Positions 10,387 to 20,356 of a stretch of DNA of 64,000 nucleotides are shown here, piece by piece. Numbering within the stretch: position 1 is the stretch's first letter; the number at the start of each line of letters is the position of its first letter. The position numbers and the translations under genes were made by a program. Source of the stretch: Mycobacteriales bacterium (GTDB taxonomy: Bacteria; Actinomycetota; Actinomycetes; Mycobacteriales; SCTD01); contig JBBDWV010000017.1 in assembly GCA_040902655.1 (NCBI GenBank), positions 62,509 through 126,508 on the forward strand. The letters are read 5' to 3'. The notes under the pieces were generated by a model. The model had not been told where the DNA came from. It was given only the letters and a program-made list of their open reading frames with translations, and made no database searches.

Positions 10387-11526
10387 TCAGCCCGCAGGCT
10401 TGGGGTGCGCCTTCAGGAACCGCCAGCCCTCACCGGTCGCGTCGTATCCGCCGTTGTGGCGGGTCGGCCAACCGTGGCCGTACGCCGGGAGCACCACCAT
10501 GCGCACCCCTGCACCGGTGCGCGCCCACAGCCGCGGCCCGGTGTCGACGGCCGGCAGCCGGGACCGCAGTCCGGTGCTGTAGCGGATGCCCTTCAGCGGC
10601 ACGGTCGGGTCCTGCCGGCCGTGCACCGCCAGCACCGCGGTCGCGCGGGTGGGGGTGCACGGGGCGGTGTGCGTGCCGGCCACCGCCAGCACCCCCGCGA
10701 TCCGACCCGGCCGGCCGCAGGCATAGCGGTAGGCGAGCATCGCGCCGTTGGAGTAGCCCGCCAGGTGCACCCGGCGCCGGTCGATCGCGTGCAGCGCGCC
10801 GGTGATCTGCAAGAGCCGGTCGAGGTAGGCCAGGTCGTCGACTCGGCCGGCCGCCGTGCCGCAGCAGGGGCCGGCGTTCCAGGAGCCCTCGTGGCCGGCG
10901 CCCCAGACGAGGACGAACTCCTGCTGGAAGGCGAGCGTGGACCAGCGCTGCTGCGCCTCGACCTGCCGCAGCGACCCCCCGAGGCCGTGCAGCGACACCA
11001 GCAACGGCGCCGTCTCCGGCGCTGATCCCGGCACGTAGATTCGGGCCTTGCGAGCCAGTCCGCCTTGTTGCCAACTGATCTCGCCGCGGAAGCCCTGCCC
11101 GACCCGCAGCCGGTCCGGCACCCGGCCGACGCCCAGCCGGTAGACGGCCCAGCCGTCGCCGTTGGTGCCGCTACGCCGCAGCGCCGGTTCCGCGGAGGGT
11201 GAGGGTGAGGGCGACGGCGGCAACGGCGGCGTTCCTGTGGCGGCCGGCGGGTCCAACGCCGCTGCCTGCGCCACGGGGGCGGCGGCCTGCACCGTGTCCT
11301 CGCCGGCCCCTGCTGCGCCCCCTGCTGCGCCCCCTGCTGCGCCGCCCCCTGCTGCACCGCCCCCTGCTGCACCGGCCACAGCCTCGCCGGCCCCTGCTGC
11401 ACCGGCCACAGCCTCGCCGGCCATCACCGGACCGGGGCCGGCGACGCCGCCGAGGCTGGCGATCCCCAGGACCGCCAGCAGGATCGCCAGGGGCAGGGGG
11501 GAGCGCGGGAGGGGCGTGCCGATCAC
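10387..11526 (-). CDS. Secreted alpha/beta-hydrolase, PHB-depolymerase/LpqC-like esterase with Ala/Gly-rich linker
   Basis: N-terminal signal peptide (PLAILLAVLGIASLGG). LVSLHGLGGS, nucleophile elbow GYSNG, and WNAGPCCG, typical of the esterase family I recall as LpqC/PHB depolymerase. Confidence 0.75.
   Translation of the reverse strand: MIGTPLPRSPLPLAILLAVLGIASLGGVAGPGPVMAGEAVAGAAGAGEAVAGAAGGGAAGGGAAGGAAGGAAGAGEDTVQAAAPVAQAAALDPPAATGTPPLPPSPSPSPSAEPALRRSGTNGDGWAVYRLGVGRVPDRLRVGQGFRGEISWQQGGLARKARIYVPGSAPETAPLLVSLHGLGGSLRQVEAQQRWSTLAFQQEFVLVWGAGHEGSWNAGPCCGTAAGRVDDLAYLDRLLQITGALHAIDRRRVHLAGYSNGAMLAYRYACGRPGRIAGVLAVAGTHTAPCTPTRATAVLAVHGRQDPTVPLKGIRYSTGLRSRLPAVDTGPRLWARTGAGVRMVVLPAYGHGWPTRHNGGYDATGEGWRFLKAHPKPAG
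11307..11420. repeat. In-frame tandem repeats inside the esterase gene (CCCCTGCTGC-based; two perfect 30-bp units at 11361-11420)
   Basis: Encodes AGEAVAGAAG x2 and (AAGG)n on the minus strand. Confidence 0.8.
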
Positions 11527-11551
11527 TGCCGCACCCTACGGTCGGAGCAGG

Positions 11552-12769
11552 TCAACTGCGGGCGGTTCGGGTGAACAGCCCCAGGACGAGGCCGAGGACC
11601 TGCATCCCCGCCAGCCCGAGCAGCCCGACCCGCACCCCGTGGGCCGCCACGACCTGGCCGGCGACGGCGGCACCGAGCGCGAAGCCGCCGAACTTCAGGC
11701 TGGCGGCCGTGGTCACCACCTGCGTCTGCATCGACGCCGGGCTGTGTGCCGCGCGTACGGCCAGCGTGCTCGCCAGCACCGGCCCCTCCATCGCCCCGGC
11801 CAGCAGCACGAGCACGAGCGCGACGGTCAGGCTGGGTGCGACCGCGACACCGGTGAACGCCACCGCCAAGCCGGCGATCCCGAGGAACGCCAGGCGCATC
11901 GGGTCGGTACGCGGGGACCGCGAGGCGACGGCCAGGCTGCCGCCGAGCGCGCCGAGGGCGAAGGCGCTGAACAGGGCGCCGCCCGCGGCGGCCGGCTGCC
12001 CAACCTCGACGGCGAGCAGCGGGAAGACCACCGGCAGCGCGCCCATGCCGGTGAACGAGACGGTCGTCGCGACGGTGACCGCCCGCAGCGGCGGCACCGT
12101 GGCCAGCAGGCGCAGCCCGCTGCCGACCAGGCGTACGAGTCCGGTCCGCTCGCCGTGGACGGCGAGCGGCGGCATCGGCACCCGCAGCACCGCGGCCAGC
12201 GCCAGCGCGGACAACACCGCCGTGGCGATCACGGCCACGTTCGCCGAGGCGGCCGTCGCCAAGGCACCCGCCAGGGCCGGTCCGACGACGCCGGCGAGGT
12301 TGTAGCTGGTGGCCTCCGCGCCGTACGCCCGGCGCAGGTGCGGCGCCGGCACCAGCGGCGCGATCAGCCCGGTGAAGCCACCCGTCAGCACCGGGGCGGT
12401 CACCCCGGCCAGCAGGCCCAACAGCACGACGACGTACGAGGGCGCGGACCCGGTCGCGGCCAGCAGGCCGACCAGGACGCCCAGCAGCAGCAGCTGGTTG
12501 GCCACGAAGACCGCCCGGCGATGGGGGGTGCGGTCCAGCCAGGCCCCCAGGAGCGGCCCGGTGACCAGCGCGGGCAGGGCCAGCGCGCCGACGAGGGTGC
12601 CGGCCAGGGCCGGGGACCCGGTGCGCTCGAGCACCAGCAGCACAAGCGCCACCCGGGCCGCCTCGTTGGCCAGCCGGGCGGTCGTGGAGGCGGTGAACAG
12701 CGCGCCGAGCCCAGGGGAGCGCCACAGCGAGGGGGCGACCGGGATCGGCTGCTCCAGGGCGGCGGTCAC
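11552..12769 (-). CDS. MFS transporter
   Basis: 405 aa with about 12 hydrophobic segments. The N-terminal region ([33 protein letters not shown]) resembles the EntS/DUF894-type MFS group. Confidence 0.8.
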   Translation of the reverse strand: MTAALEQPIPVAPSLWRSPGLGALFTASTTARLANEAARVALVLLVLERTGSPALAGTLVGALALPALVTGPLLGAWLDRTPHRRAVFVANQLLLLGVLVGLLAATGSAPSYVVVLLGLLAGVTAPVLTGGFTGLIAPLVPAPHLRRAYGAEATSYNLAGVVGPALAGALATAASANVAVIATAVLSALALAAVLRVPMPPLAVHGERTGLVRLVGSGLRLLATVPPLRAVTVATTVSFTGMGALPVVFPLLAVEVGQPAAAGGALFSAFALGALGGSLAVASRSPRTDPMRLAFLGIAGLAVAFTGVAVAPSLTVALVLVLLAGAMEGPVLASTLAVRAAHSPASMQTQVVTTAASLKFGGFALGAAVAGQVVAAHGVRVGLLGLAGMQVLGLVLGLFTRTARS

Positions 12770-12995
12770 GGCTCCAGTGTCCGGGCTGCTGCTGCCTCAG
12801 GGGCCGACTGTGGCCGACGTCACGGCTGAGCCACCTCGGCAGCCACGCCGGCGCCGCATCTGGCAGACTGTCCGACGAGCCATCGCAGGGGGCGGCCCTC
12901 TACCCGCCCTACCGCGTGTCCGCAGACCGTTCCCGGCCGCGTGCCCCACGCGCAGCGCCGGGGGCCACCCCATCTCACCTCCGGAGCCCACACCC

Positions 12996-13628
12996 GTGGC
13001 AGTCAAGATCAAGCTCATGCGTCTCGGCAAGATGCGCGCCCCGTACTACCGCATCGTGGTGGCGGACGCGCGGACCAAGCGCGAGGGCCGCGTCATCGAG
13101 ACGATCGGCAAGTACCACCCCAAGGAGAATCCCTCCTTCATGGAGGTCGACGGTGACCGTGCCGCGTACTGGCTCGGCGTCGGCGCGCAGCCGACCGAGC
13201 CGGTCGCCGCGATCCTCAAGGTCACCGGTGACTGGCAGAAGTTCAAGGGCCTGCCGGCCCCGCCGCCGATGCTGGTCGCAGAGCCCAAGCCGGACCGCAA
13301 GGCCATCTTCGAGACGGCCGCCCGCGAGAGCGGCGGCGAGGCCGGTGGTGCCGCGACCACCCCGAAGAAGAAGGCCGCTCCCAAGGTCAAGGCCGACGAC
13401 GACACGGCTCCGGCCGGTCACGCCGCCCCGAGCACCGGCGAGCCGACCAGCGCCACCCCGACACCCGCCGAGGGCAAGACCGACCCGTCCGCCGGCGACG
13501 GCCCGACGGCCGAGGCGCCCAGCGGCGACGGCCCCACGGCTGCCGAGGCGGGCACCGGCCAGACCACGGGCACCGACGCGGCTACCGCGCCGGATGCTGC
13601 CGACGCGGCCAGCGCCGACAAGGCCTAG
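12996..13628 (+). CDS. rpsP: 30S ribosomal protein S16 with long Ala/Pro/Thr-rich C-terminal tail
   Basis: GTG 12996 gives [32 protein letters not shown]. The upstream part of the ORF (from 12309) is antisense to the MFS gene. Confidence 0.93.
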   Translation: MAVKIKLMRLGKMRAPYYRIVVADARTKREGRVIETIGKYHPKENPSFMEVDGDRAAYWLGVGAQPTEPVAAILKVTGDWQKFKGLPAPPPMLVAEPKPDRKAIFETAARESGGEAGGAATTPKKKAAPKVKADDDTAPAGHAAPSTGEPTSATPTPAEGKTDPSAGDGPTAEAPSGDGPTAAEAGTGQTTGTDAATAPDAADAASADKA

Positions 13629-13631
13629 CCC

Positions 13632-13871
13632 GTGCTCGAGAACGCCCTCGAGCACCTGGTCAAGGGCATCGTCGACAACCCCGACGACGTCGAGGTCGAG
13701 CTGGTCACGGGTCGGCGCGGCCGCACCCTCGAGGTGCGCGTCAATCCGGAGGACCTCGGCAAGGTCATCGGCCGCAACGGCCGTACGGCCAAGGCTCTGC
13801 GCGCCGTCATGACGGCACTGGGCGGCAAGGGCCTGCGGGTGGACGTCGTCGACACCGACGAGGTCCGCTAG
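13632..13871 (+). CDS. KH-domain RNA-binding protein (YlqC/UPF0109 family)
   Basis: 79 aa with GKVIGRNGRTAKALR (GXXG KH loop). Conserved position between rpsP and rimM. Confidence 0.9.
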   Translation: MLENALEHLVKGIVDNPDDVEVELVTGRRGRTLEVRVNPEDLGKVIGRNGRTAKALRAVMTALGGKGLRVDVVDTDEVR

Positions 13872-13874
13872 TCC

Positions 13875-14429
13875 GTGGTCGAGCCGGACCTGCTCGTCGT
13901 CGGCCGGATCGGCAAGCCGCAGGGCCTCAAGGGCGAGGTCACGGTGCAGGTCCGCACCGACGACCCGCAGGCGCGGTTCGCCGCCGGGGCGGTCCTGCTC
14001 ACCGACCCGCCGGATCGCGGTCCGTTGACCGTGGAGCAGTCCCGTTGGCAGAACGGCCGGCTGATGGTCGCCTTCCAGGGTGTCGCCGACCGCAACGCCG
14101 CCGAGTCCCTGCGCGAGACGCTGCTGCAGGTCGACGGGCGGACCCTGCCGCCGCCGGCGGACGAGGACGAGTTCCACGACCACGTTTTGCGGGGCATGAG
14201 CGCGGTGCTCGTCGGCGGGGAGCCGCTGGGCGAGGTGGTCGACGTGCTGCACCTCCCGCACGGCGACGTGCTCGTCGTACGGCGCCAGGACCCGCCGGGG
14301 GAGGTCCTCGTGCCGTTCGTGAAGGAGATGGTGCCGGTCGTCGACGTGGCTGCCCGCCGGATCGAGGTCGACCCGCCCGCGGGGCTGCTCGACCTGACGC
14401 CGGCCGATCCCGACGGCGAGCCGGCCTGA
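13875..14429 (+). CDS. rimM: 16S rRNA processing protein RimM
   Basis: [15 protein letters not shown]-terminus and PRC barrel region. Synteny rpsP-KH-rimM-trmD. Confidence 0.92.
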   Translation: MVEPDLLVVGRIGKPQGLKGEVTVQVRTDDPQARFAAGAVLLTDPPDRGPLTVEQSRWQNGRLMVAFQGVADRNAAESLRETLLQVDGRTLPPPADEDEFHDHVLRGMSAVLVGGEPLGEVVDVLHLPHGDVLVVRRQDPPGEVLVPFVKEMVPVVDVAARRIEVDPPAGLLDLTPADPDGEPA

Positions 14430-14430
14430 C

Positions 14431-15216
14431 GTGCTCGTCGACGTCGTCACGATCTTTCCCGAGTACCTCGCGCCGCTGAGGGTCTCCCTGCTGGGCAAGG
14501 CGCAGGAGCGCGGACTGCTCGAGGTCCGCCTGCACGACCTGCGGACCTGGACCTCCGACGTCCACCGCACCGTGGACGACACGCCGTACGGCGGCGGGCC
14601 GGGCATGGTCATGACACCCGAGCCGTGGGGCGCCGCGCTCGACGCGGTGCGCGAGGCGGGCGGGCCGGGCGGATCCGGGGCGACGGCACCGGTGCTGCTC
14701 GTCCCGACCCCCAGCGGTGTCCCGTTCACCCAGGCGCTGGCCGTGGAGCTTGCGGCCGAGCCGTGGCTGGCCTTCGCCTGCGGGCGCTACGAGGGCATCG
14801 ACGCCAGGGTGCTCGCCGACGCCGCGCGGCGCTTCCGGGTGCTGGAGGTGTCGCTGGGCGACTACGTGCTGGCCGGCGGGGAGGTGGCCGTGCTGGTCGT
14901 GGTCGAGGCGGTCGCCCGGCTGCTGCCGGGGGTGCTCGGCAACGCCGCCTCGCACCAGGAGGACTCCTTCGCGCCCGGCGCGATGGAGGGGCTGCTCGAG
15001 GGACCCGTCTACACGCGGCCGCCGGTCTGGCGCGGCCTGGAGGTCCCGGCGGTGCTGCAGTCGGGCGACCACGCCCGGATCGCCCGGTGGCGGCGCGACG
15101 AGGCGCTGCGCCGGACGGCCGTGCGCCGGCCGGACCTGGTCGCGGGACTGGTCGGCCGGTTGGACGAGCGGGACCGCGCCGTCCTTGGAGGCCGGTCACC
15201 GGATGTGGCAGAGTAG
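14431..15216 (+). CDS. trmD: tRNA (guanine37-N1)-methyltransferase TrmD
   Basis: [42 protein letters not shown]. Confidence 0.95.
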   Translation: MLVDVVTIFPEYLAPLRVSLLGKAQERGLLEVRLHDLRTWTSDVHRTVDDTPYGGGPGMVMTPEPWGAALDAVREAGGPGGSGATAPVLLVPTPSGVPFTQALAVELAAEPWLAFACGRYEGIDARVLADAARRFRVLEVSLGDYVLAGGEVAVLVVVEAVARLLPGVLGNAASHQEDSFAPGAMEGLLEGPVYTRPPVWRGLEVPAVLQSGDHARIARWRRDEALRRTAVRRPDLVAGLVGRLDERDRAVLGGRSPDVAE

Positions 15217-15324
15217 AGGGCTGTTGCGCCGTCCCGACGGGACGAGTGCCAGCTCCCTGGACCACCCGCCACCCGGCAGGCCCGCGCCCACCCGCGGCTG
15301 CCGCACGAGGAAGCGACGCCACCC

Positions 15325-15768
15325 ATGAACGTCCTGGACGAGTTCGACGCCGCGCAGTTGCGCACCGACGTCCCCGACTTCCGCCCGGGCGACACGCTCG
15401 ACGTGGGCGTACGCGTCGTCGAGGGCAACCGCTCCCGCGTCCAGCACTTCCAGGGCGTCGTCATCCGGCGTCAGGGCGGCGGCTCCCGGGAGACCTTCAC
15501 CGTCCGCAAGGTCAGCTTCGGTGTCGGCGTCGAGCGCACCTTCCCGGTGCACACCCCCGTGATCGAGTCGATCAAGGTCGTCACGCGCGGTGACGTCCGC
15601 CGCGCGAAGCTCTACTACCTGCGCGAGCTGCGGGGCAAGAAGGCCAAGATCAAGGAGAAGCGGGCGGTGACGGTGCCCGCGAAGGCGGCTGCGTCGACCG
15701 CTCCGGCCGATCCGGCCGCCCCGCCCGCGCCGCCGACCGCCGCGCCGAGCGCGCCCGCCGAGGCCTGA
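15325..15768 (+). CDS. rplS: 50S ribosomal protein L19 with Ala/Pro-rich C-terminal tail
   Basis: [41 protein letters not shown]. Confidence 0.95.
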   Translation: MNVLDEFDAAQLRTDVPDFRPGDTLDVGVRVVEGNRSRVQHFQGVVIRRQGGGSRETFTVRKVSFGVGVERTFPVHTPVIESIKVVTRGDVRRAKLYYLRELRGKKAKIKEKRAVTVPAKAAASTAPADPAAPPAPPTAAPSAPAEA

Positions 15769-15869
15769 GCGACTCCTGTCCGCGTCCGGCTTCGTCCGGT
15801 CGCTTCGCCCGGCCGTCCGGTCTGCCCGCCGGGCACCGACGTCGGCCCTGCACCGTTAGGGTCTGCGCA

Positions 15870-16847
15870 ATGAGCAGCGACGACCGTGCCCCCGCCCCGG
15901 CCGGTATCTCCGTGTCCGACGCCGGCCGGGACGCCGACGTCGGCCGGGACGCCGACGCCGGCCGGGACGCCCGGGCGGGAGCGCCGGACGGTCCCGCCCG
16001 CGCCCGCGGCTCGGGCAGGGGGGTGGGCAGGCACGCCAAGGCCTCCGGTGGCTCCTTCGCCCGCGAGCTGCCGTTCCTGGTGATCATCGCGTTCCTGCTC
16101 GCCCTGCTCATCAAGGCGTTCCTGATCCAGGCGTTCTACATCCCGTCGGGCTCGATGCAGCAGACGCTGGAGCTGCGCGACCGGGTGCTGGTCAACAAGC
16201 TGGTCTACAACTTCCGTGAGATCCACCGCGGCGAGATCGTCGTCTTCAACGGGCTGGACTCCTTCACTCCGGAGACGCAGATCGCGCCCCCGAGCAACGA
16301 CGTGCAGCGGGTCCTGCGCGCGATCAGCAGCGCGGTCGGGGTGGGTGCGCCGGGCGAGAAGGACTTCATCAAGCGCGTCATCGGGGTGCCGGGCGACCGC
16401 GTCGCCTGCTGCACCGACGGCAAGGTGAGCGTGCAGCCGGAGGGCGCCGAGCGCCCCACCGTGCTCGACGAGCCGTACGTCTTCGAGGACGACCGGATGC
16501 CCTTCTGCGCCGCCGGCACCGGAGACACCAGCTGCCCCGAAGGTGCCGAGGGCGTGCTCGTCCCCGAGGGGCGCTTGTGGGTGATGGGCGACCACCGCGG
16601 CAGTTCCAGCGACTCCCGCTTCCACATCGAGGATGCGAACAGCGGCACCGTCCCGCAGGACAAGGTCATCGGGCGGGCCTTCGTCATCGTCTGGCCGCTG
16701 GACCGCGCCCGGGTGCTCAGCGTTCCGGAGACGTTCAGCGCGCTGGCTCCGCTGGCCGCCGGAGCTGCGTCCGCCGCGCCGTACGGCCTCGGGCTGGTCG
16801 GCGCGCTGCCGGTGGCCCTGCTGCGCCGCCGCCTGCGCCGGCGGTAG
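15870..16847 (+). CDS. lepB: Signal peptidase I
   Basis: IPSGSMQQTL (Ser), KRVIGVPGDRV (Lys), GDHRGSSSDSR. Repetitive GRDAD N-terminal tail. Confidence 0.93.
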   Translation: MSSDDRAPAPAGISVSDAGRDADVGRDADAGRDARAGAPDGPARARGSGRGVGRHAKASGGSFARELPFLVIIAFLLALLIKAFLIQAFYIPSGSMQQTLELRDRVLVNKLVYNFREIHRGEIVVFNGLDSFTPETQIAPPSNDVQRVLRAISSAVGVGAPGEKDFIKRVIGVPGDRVACCTDGKVSVQPEGAERPTVLDEPYVFEDDRMPFCAAGTGDTSCPEGAEGVLVPEGRLWVMGDHRGSSSDSRFHIEDANSGTVPQDKVIGRAFVIVWPLDRARVLSVPETFSALAPLAAGAASAAPYGLGLVGALPVALLRRRLRRR

Positions 16848-16879
16848 CCGCCGCCTGCGCCATTAGGCTCGGCAGCGTC

Positions 16880-17335
16880 ATGACGGTCCCCCTCGAGCGC
16901 CGCGCGGCGCGTGTGCTGCTCCTCGACGCCGACGGGCGGGTGCTGCTGCAGAACTGCTGCGATCCGACCGCAACGGATGCCGGCAGCTGGTGGAACACCA
17001 CCGGCGGTGGTATCGACGAGGGTGAGACACCGGCGCAGGCCGCCGCCCGCGAGCTGGTCGAGGAGACCGGGCTGCGGGTCGAACCGGGACAGCTCGGCCC
17101 GGTCGTGCACCGGCGGCTGACCGAGTTCAGCTTCGGCGGCGACCGCTACCGCCAGAGCGAGGACTACTTCCTGCTGCGCACCGACAGCTTCGACGCCATC
17201 CCGACCGCGCACAGCGACGTCGAGCTCGTGGCGGTGCTCGGCACCCGGTGGTGGTCACGGGACGAGCTGCGCGGCACCGCCGAGCGGGTCTACCCGCAGG
17301 AGCTCGCCGAAGTGCTGGACCGGCTGGCGCCGTGA
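16880..17335 (+). CDS. NUDIX hydrolase
   Basis: Nudix box GGGIDEGETPAQAAARELVEETG. ATG 16880. The stop overlaps the rnhB start. Confidence 0.85.
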   Translation: MTVPLERRAARVLLLDADGRVLLQNCCDPTATDAGSWWNTTGGGIDEGETPAQAAARELVEETGLRVEPGQLGPVVHRRLTEFSFGGDRYRQSEDYFLLRTDSFDAIPTAHSDVELVAVLGTRWWSRDELRGTAERVYPQELAEVLDRLAP

Positions 17336-18033
17336 GGGCCCCGCGGCCGGTCGTCCGAACCGAGAACGGCCTGTGGGCGCTGGAGCGGGTCCTGCAGCGC
17401 AGCGGCTTCCCCTACGTCGCCGGGGCCGACGAGGCCGGCCGCGGGGCCTGCGCCGGCCCGCTGGTCGTGGCCGCCGTCGTGCTGCCGCAGGGCAGTCGCG
17501 GCGAGGTGCCGGGGCTGGCCGACAGCAAGCTGCTCAGCGAGCCCGCGCGGGAGGCGGCGTACGACCAGGTCGTACGCCGGGCGCTGGCCTGGTCGGTCGT
17601 CGTCGTCCCGTCGACCGAGGTGGATCGGTGCGGCCTGCACGTCATGAACGTCCGCGCCATGCGACAGGCCGTCCTGCGTCTGGACCCCTGCCCGTCGTAC
17701 GTCCTCACCGACGGATTCCCGATCGGCGGGATGCCGGCGCCGTCGCTGGCCGTGTGGAAGGGCGACCGGGTGGCGGCCTGCGTCGCCGCGGCGTCCGTGC
17801 TGGCCAAGGTGACGCGGGACCGGATCATGCGCGAGCTGCACCCTCGCTGGCCGCAGTACGACTTCGCGCGGCACAAGGGCTACATCACGCCGGAGCACAC
17901 GGCTGCCTTGCTGGAGCACGGGCCGTGTCCGCAGCACCGGTTCTCCTACGTCAACGTGAAGGCGTGCGTCGCGTCGGAGACGCGCCGGCAGGGACAGCTG
18001 CGGTTGGATGACCGGATGGTGGTCAGCGCATGA
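17332..18033 (+). CDS. rnhB: Ribonuclease HII
   Basis: GADEAGRGACAGPLVVAAV, HKGYITPEH. GTG 17332 in a GTGA overlap with the NUDIX stop. Confidence 0.92.
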   Translation: MRAPRPVVRTENGLWALERVLQRSGFPYVAGADEAGRGACAGPLVVAAVVLPQGSRGEVPGLADSKLLSEPAREAAYDQVVRRALAWSVVVVPSTEVDRCGLHVMNVRAMRQAVLRLDPCPSYVLTDGFPIGGMPAPSLAVWKGDRVAACVAAASVLAKVTRDRIMRELHPRWPQYDFARHKGYITPEHTAALLEHGPCPQHRFSYVNVKACVASETRRQGQLRLDDRMVVSA

Positions 18034-18356
18034 GTGCCGAAGAGCTCGAGAAGTACGAGACCGAGATGGAGCTCCAGCTCTACCGGGAGTACCGCGACAT
18101 CGTCCGGCAGTTCGACTACGTGGTGGAGACCGAGCGGCGCTTCTACCTGGCCAACGCCGTGGACGTGCAGCCCCGCAGCGCCGCCGGTGAGGTGTGGTTC
18201 GAGCTGACCCTCACCGATGCCTGGGTGTGGGACATGTACCGCCCGGCGCGCTTCGTGAAGTCGGTCCGGGTGCTGACCTTCAAGGACGTCAACGTCGAGA
18301 AGCTCGAGAAGCCCGACCTCGAGCTGCCCGGGGGTCGCCCGCCGTTCGGCGGGTAG
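18030..18356 (+). CDS. DUF2469 family protein (Rv2901c-like)
   Basis: MSAEELEKYETEMELQLYREYRDIV, as I remember for DUF2469. Conserved position after rnhB, with an ATGA overlap. Confidence 0.88.
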   Translation: MSAEELEKYETEMELQLYREYRDIVRQFDYVVETERRFYLANAVDVQPRSAAGEVWFELTLTDAWVWDMYRPARFVKSVRVLTFKDVNVEKLEKPDLELPGGRPPFGG

Positions 18357-18365
18357 GGGGCCCGC

Positions 18366-19046
18366 ATGGGCAACGTCGATCGGAACAAGGCGGACGAGCC
18401 GGGGGCGCCGAGCCAGCCGGAGGACAGCTCGGGCGACGGGCCGGTCACGCTCGCCGGCCGCACGGAGCCCGGCGGTCAGGGGAGCCCGGACACCAACCAG
18501 GCCCGGACCGAGCCGATGCCGCCGAGCGGCACGCATCCGGAGCCGCTCACGGTGCCGCAGCTGGACGACATGAACATCTCCGGTGCCGACCCGCAGGCGC
18601 CGCGCCATCCCGCTGCCCTGCGCAGTGACCAGTCGGGCACCGGGGCGTACGCCCAGGAGTCGGCCGGGGGACAGCCGGCCGGGGGACAGCCGGCCGGCCT
18701 CGGCGGTACCGGCGCCACCTTCGCCGCGACCCGGCCCGCTCCGGACCTGACCGACAGCACGGGTCGTGCCCCGGGCCCGGAGCAGCCGCGGCAGGTCTCG
18801 ACCGGCACGTCGCACCGCGCCCCCGGTATGCACGGCCAGACACCCGACGGTGAGTGGGTGCGGAGCGACACCACCGCCGGTGCGGCACGGATGGGGCCGC
18901 AGGCGCTGGACAGCAGGGCGGGAGCCGCCCCGGGCCAGGGCGACGACGCCACCGTCCCCTCCGCCGGCACCTCGCCCTCGCCCGGCACCAGTGAGGAGCA
19001 CCGCATCGTGTCCGGCATCAAGCTGCCGGAGGCGGACGAGGCCTGA
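18366..19046 (+). CDS. Hypothetical Pro/Gly/Ser/Thr-rich, probably disordered protein
   Basis: 226-aa ORF with almost exclusively G/C at third codon positions over the stretch I checked. No recognisable domain. Confidence 0.55.
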   Translation: MGNVDRNKADEPGAPSQPEDSSGDGPVTLAGRTEPGGQGSPDTNQARTEPMPPSGTHPEPLTVPQLDDMNISGADPQAPRHPAALRSDQSGTGAYAQESAGGQPAGGQPAGLGGTGATFAATRPAPDLTDSTGRAPGPEQPRQVSTGTSHRAPGMHGQTPDGEWVRSDTTAGAARMGPQALDSRAGAAPGQGDDATVPSAGTSPSPGTSEEHRIVSGIKLPEADEA

Positions 19047-19060
19047 TTCCCCGTCCCGGT

Positions 19061-19092
19061 GGGGCCGGGCCTGTCTGACCCTGTGGACAGCG
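19061..19092 (+). repeat. Left copy of 32-bp direct repeat GGGGCCGGGCCTGTCTGACCCTGTGGACAGCG
   Basis: 31/32 identical to 20860-20891. Weaker similarity extends about 10 nt further left in both copies. Confidence 0.9.
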
Positions 19093-19225
19093 GCCGGCTC
19101 GTGCCGGTGTCGGCAGTGATGACAGTCGGACACAGCTGATCACAGCTGAGCCACGACTGATCACAGCTCAGCCTCCCCTGATCGCAGCCTGTCGCGATCG
19201 CACCCGTGGGGTGTCGGCCACGCCG

Positions 19226-19274
19226 GTTCTCGGTGCCAGCAGCGCCGGCTTGTGCGGGCCGATGGCACCAAGAA
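19226..19274. repeat. Hairpin repeat family H, copy 1 (GTTCTCGGTGCCAGC...GATGGCACCAAGAAC)
   Basis: 12-bp outer stem with one C-A mismatch (G-U on the minus strand), inner GC stem, TTGT loop. Relatives at 48127-48174 and 48217-48265, and a partial half copy at about 19284-19310. Confidence 0.8.
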
Positions 19275-19829
19275 CTCGATCCATCTTGGTGCCACGCCAG
19301 TGCGGGGAGCACTCGTCACGGCCGCGACCCCGCGGCCTCGACGATCGGAACTCAGGACTCGAAGGACCCGTCGGACCCAGCCGTAGACGTCGGTGCCGCA
19401 ACCTCACCCCGACCTCGCCGGGGCTACGACGAACGCTAGATGTCGGACCCCGGTCGTAGACCTGTCGGCATGACACGTGAGGGACGGCTACTGGCGTCGG
19501 GGGAGCGGATGGTGCCGCACCACGAGACGGAGGAGGCGATGGCCGCAGGCGAGGCGCGGATCGCGGAGGTGATCGCGCGCGGAGGCCGGTGACCCGGACG
19601 TTGCTGTGGTGCGCCGCCGCCGCCGCTGCGATCGCTGGGTCGGGGGCCACGCGCGGAGCGGCGAGGTCGGCACTGCTCGTGTCACGCTGAACCTCCTGCG
19701 CGGCCTGCGCGCCCGTGCCATGGTGTGCCGCCAGGAAACTTCAGACGGTCCCGCGTGTTGTCGATGCACAGAGCCCGGCGCAGCCGGGCTGGCACTCCGG
19801 ACATAGTCTTGTTCGAGGAGATCCGCAAC

Positions 19830-20129
19830 GTGCGGACCCATGGTGAGGGCGGTGGAGCGGTGCAGGTCGAGTCGACCGTGACCGTCGACGTCCGGTACGA
19901 GCCGGACGACGAGCTGTACATCGCTGAGGTCCGCGAGCTGCAGGGGTGCTGGGCTTCCGGCAAGAACCGGGACGAGCTCATGCACAACCTGCAGGGCGCC
20001 ATCGCGGAGTACTACGAGGTCTTCCAGGACCAGGAGGTCGTCGAGATGACCTTTGGAACGCCGATGCCCGCCGACGCGGAGAACGCCAGCGAGCATGCCG
20101 AGGTCAGGGTTCTCGCCGGCGCGAGCTAG
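19830..20129 (+). CDS. HicB-like (UPF0150) antitoxin-domain protein
   Basis: VDVRYEPDDELYIAEVRELQGCWASGKNRDELMHNLQGAIAEYYEV fits the HicB N-domain pattern (...G.Y.A.VPELPGC...G.T.EEA...). GTG 19830 lies 9 nt after GAGGAG. ATG 19764 is an alternative. No obvious DNA-binding C-domain. Confidence 0.7.
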   Translation: MRTHGEGGGAVQVESTVTVDVRYEPDDELYIAEVRELQGCWASGKNRDELMHNLQGAIAEYYEVFQDQEVVEMTFGTPMPADAENASEHAEVRVLAGAS

Positions 20130-20356
20130 AGCGCGTTGAGGAAGTCCTCGTGCGAGATGCCGAGCTGCTTCAGCACGGTAGCCACCTCAGAGCGGGCGTG
20201 CTTGTGCGCCATGACGTTGCTGCGCCGGCCGTCGGGCCCGACGACGTAGCAGTGGCTGCCCTTGCCGGCGCCCTTGCGGACGGGGTGGACGTCGAGCTTC
20301 GCCAGCGCGCGCAGGATCCGGGCCTGGGTCAGCTCCGGCAGCTTCGGGCTAGACAT
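20126..20356 (-). CDS. HicA-like mRNA-interferase toxin
   Basis: 76 aa. LPELTQARILRALAKLDVHPVRKGAGKGSHCYVVGPDGRRSNVMAHKHA...VLKQLGISHEDFLNAL matches the YcfA/HicA pattern with the conserved GSH. Confidence 0.75.
   Translation of the reverse strand: MSSPKLPELTQARILRALAKLDVHPVRKGAGKGSHCYVVGPDGRRSNVMAHKHARSEVATVLKQLGISHEDFLNAL

Noticed and set aside
15217-15324. Possible ribosomal-protein leader structure upstream of rplS (small CGTCCC-gac-GGGACG hairpin).
   Set aside because: It is only a 6-bp stem. The L19 leader I know of is a Firmicutes motif. There is no further conserved feature to support a call.
19470-19592. 40-aa ORF (MTREGRLLASGERMVPHHETEEAMAAGEARIAEVIARGGR) inside the island, upstream of the HicB-like gene.
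   Set aside because: It is mostly G/C at third positions, but it is short, has no clear RBS and no recognisable family. I cannot separate it from the compositional background without homology or ribosome profiling.
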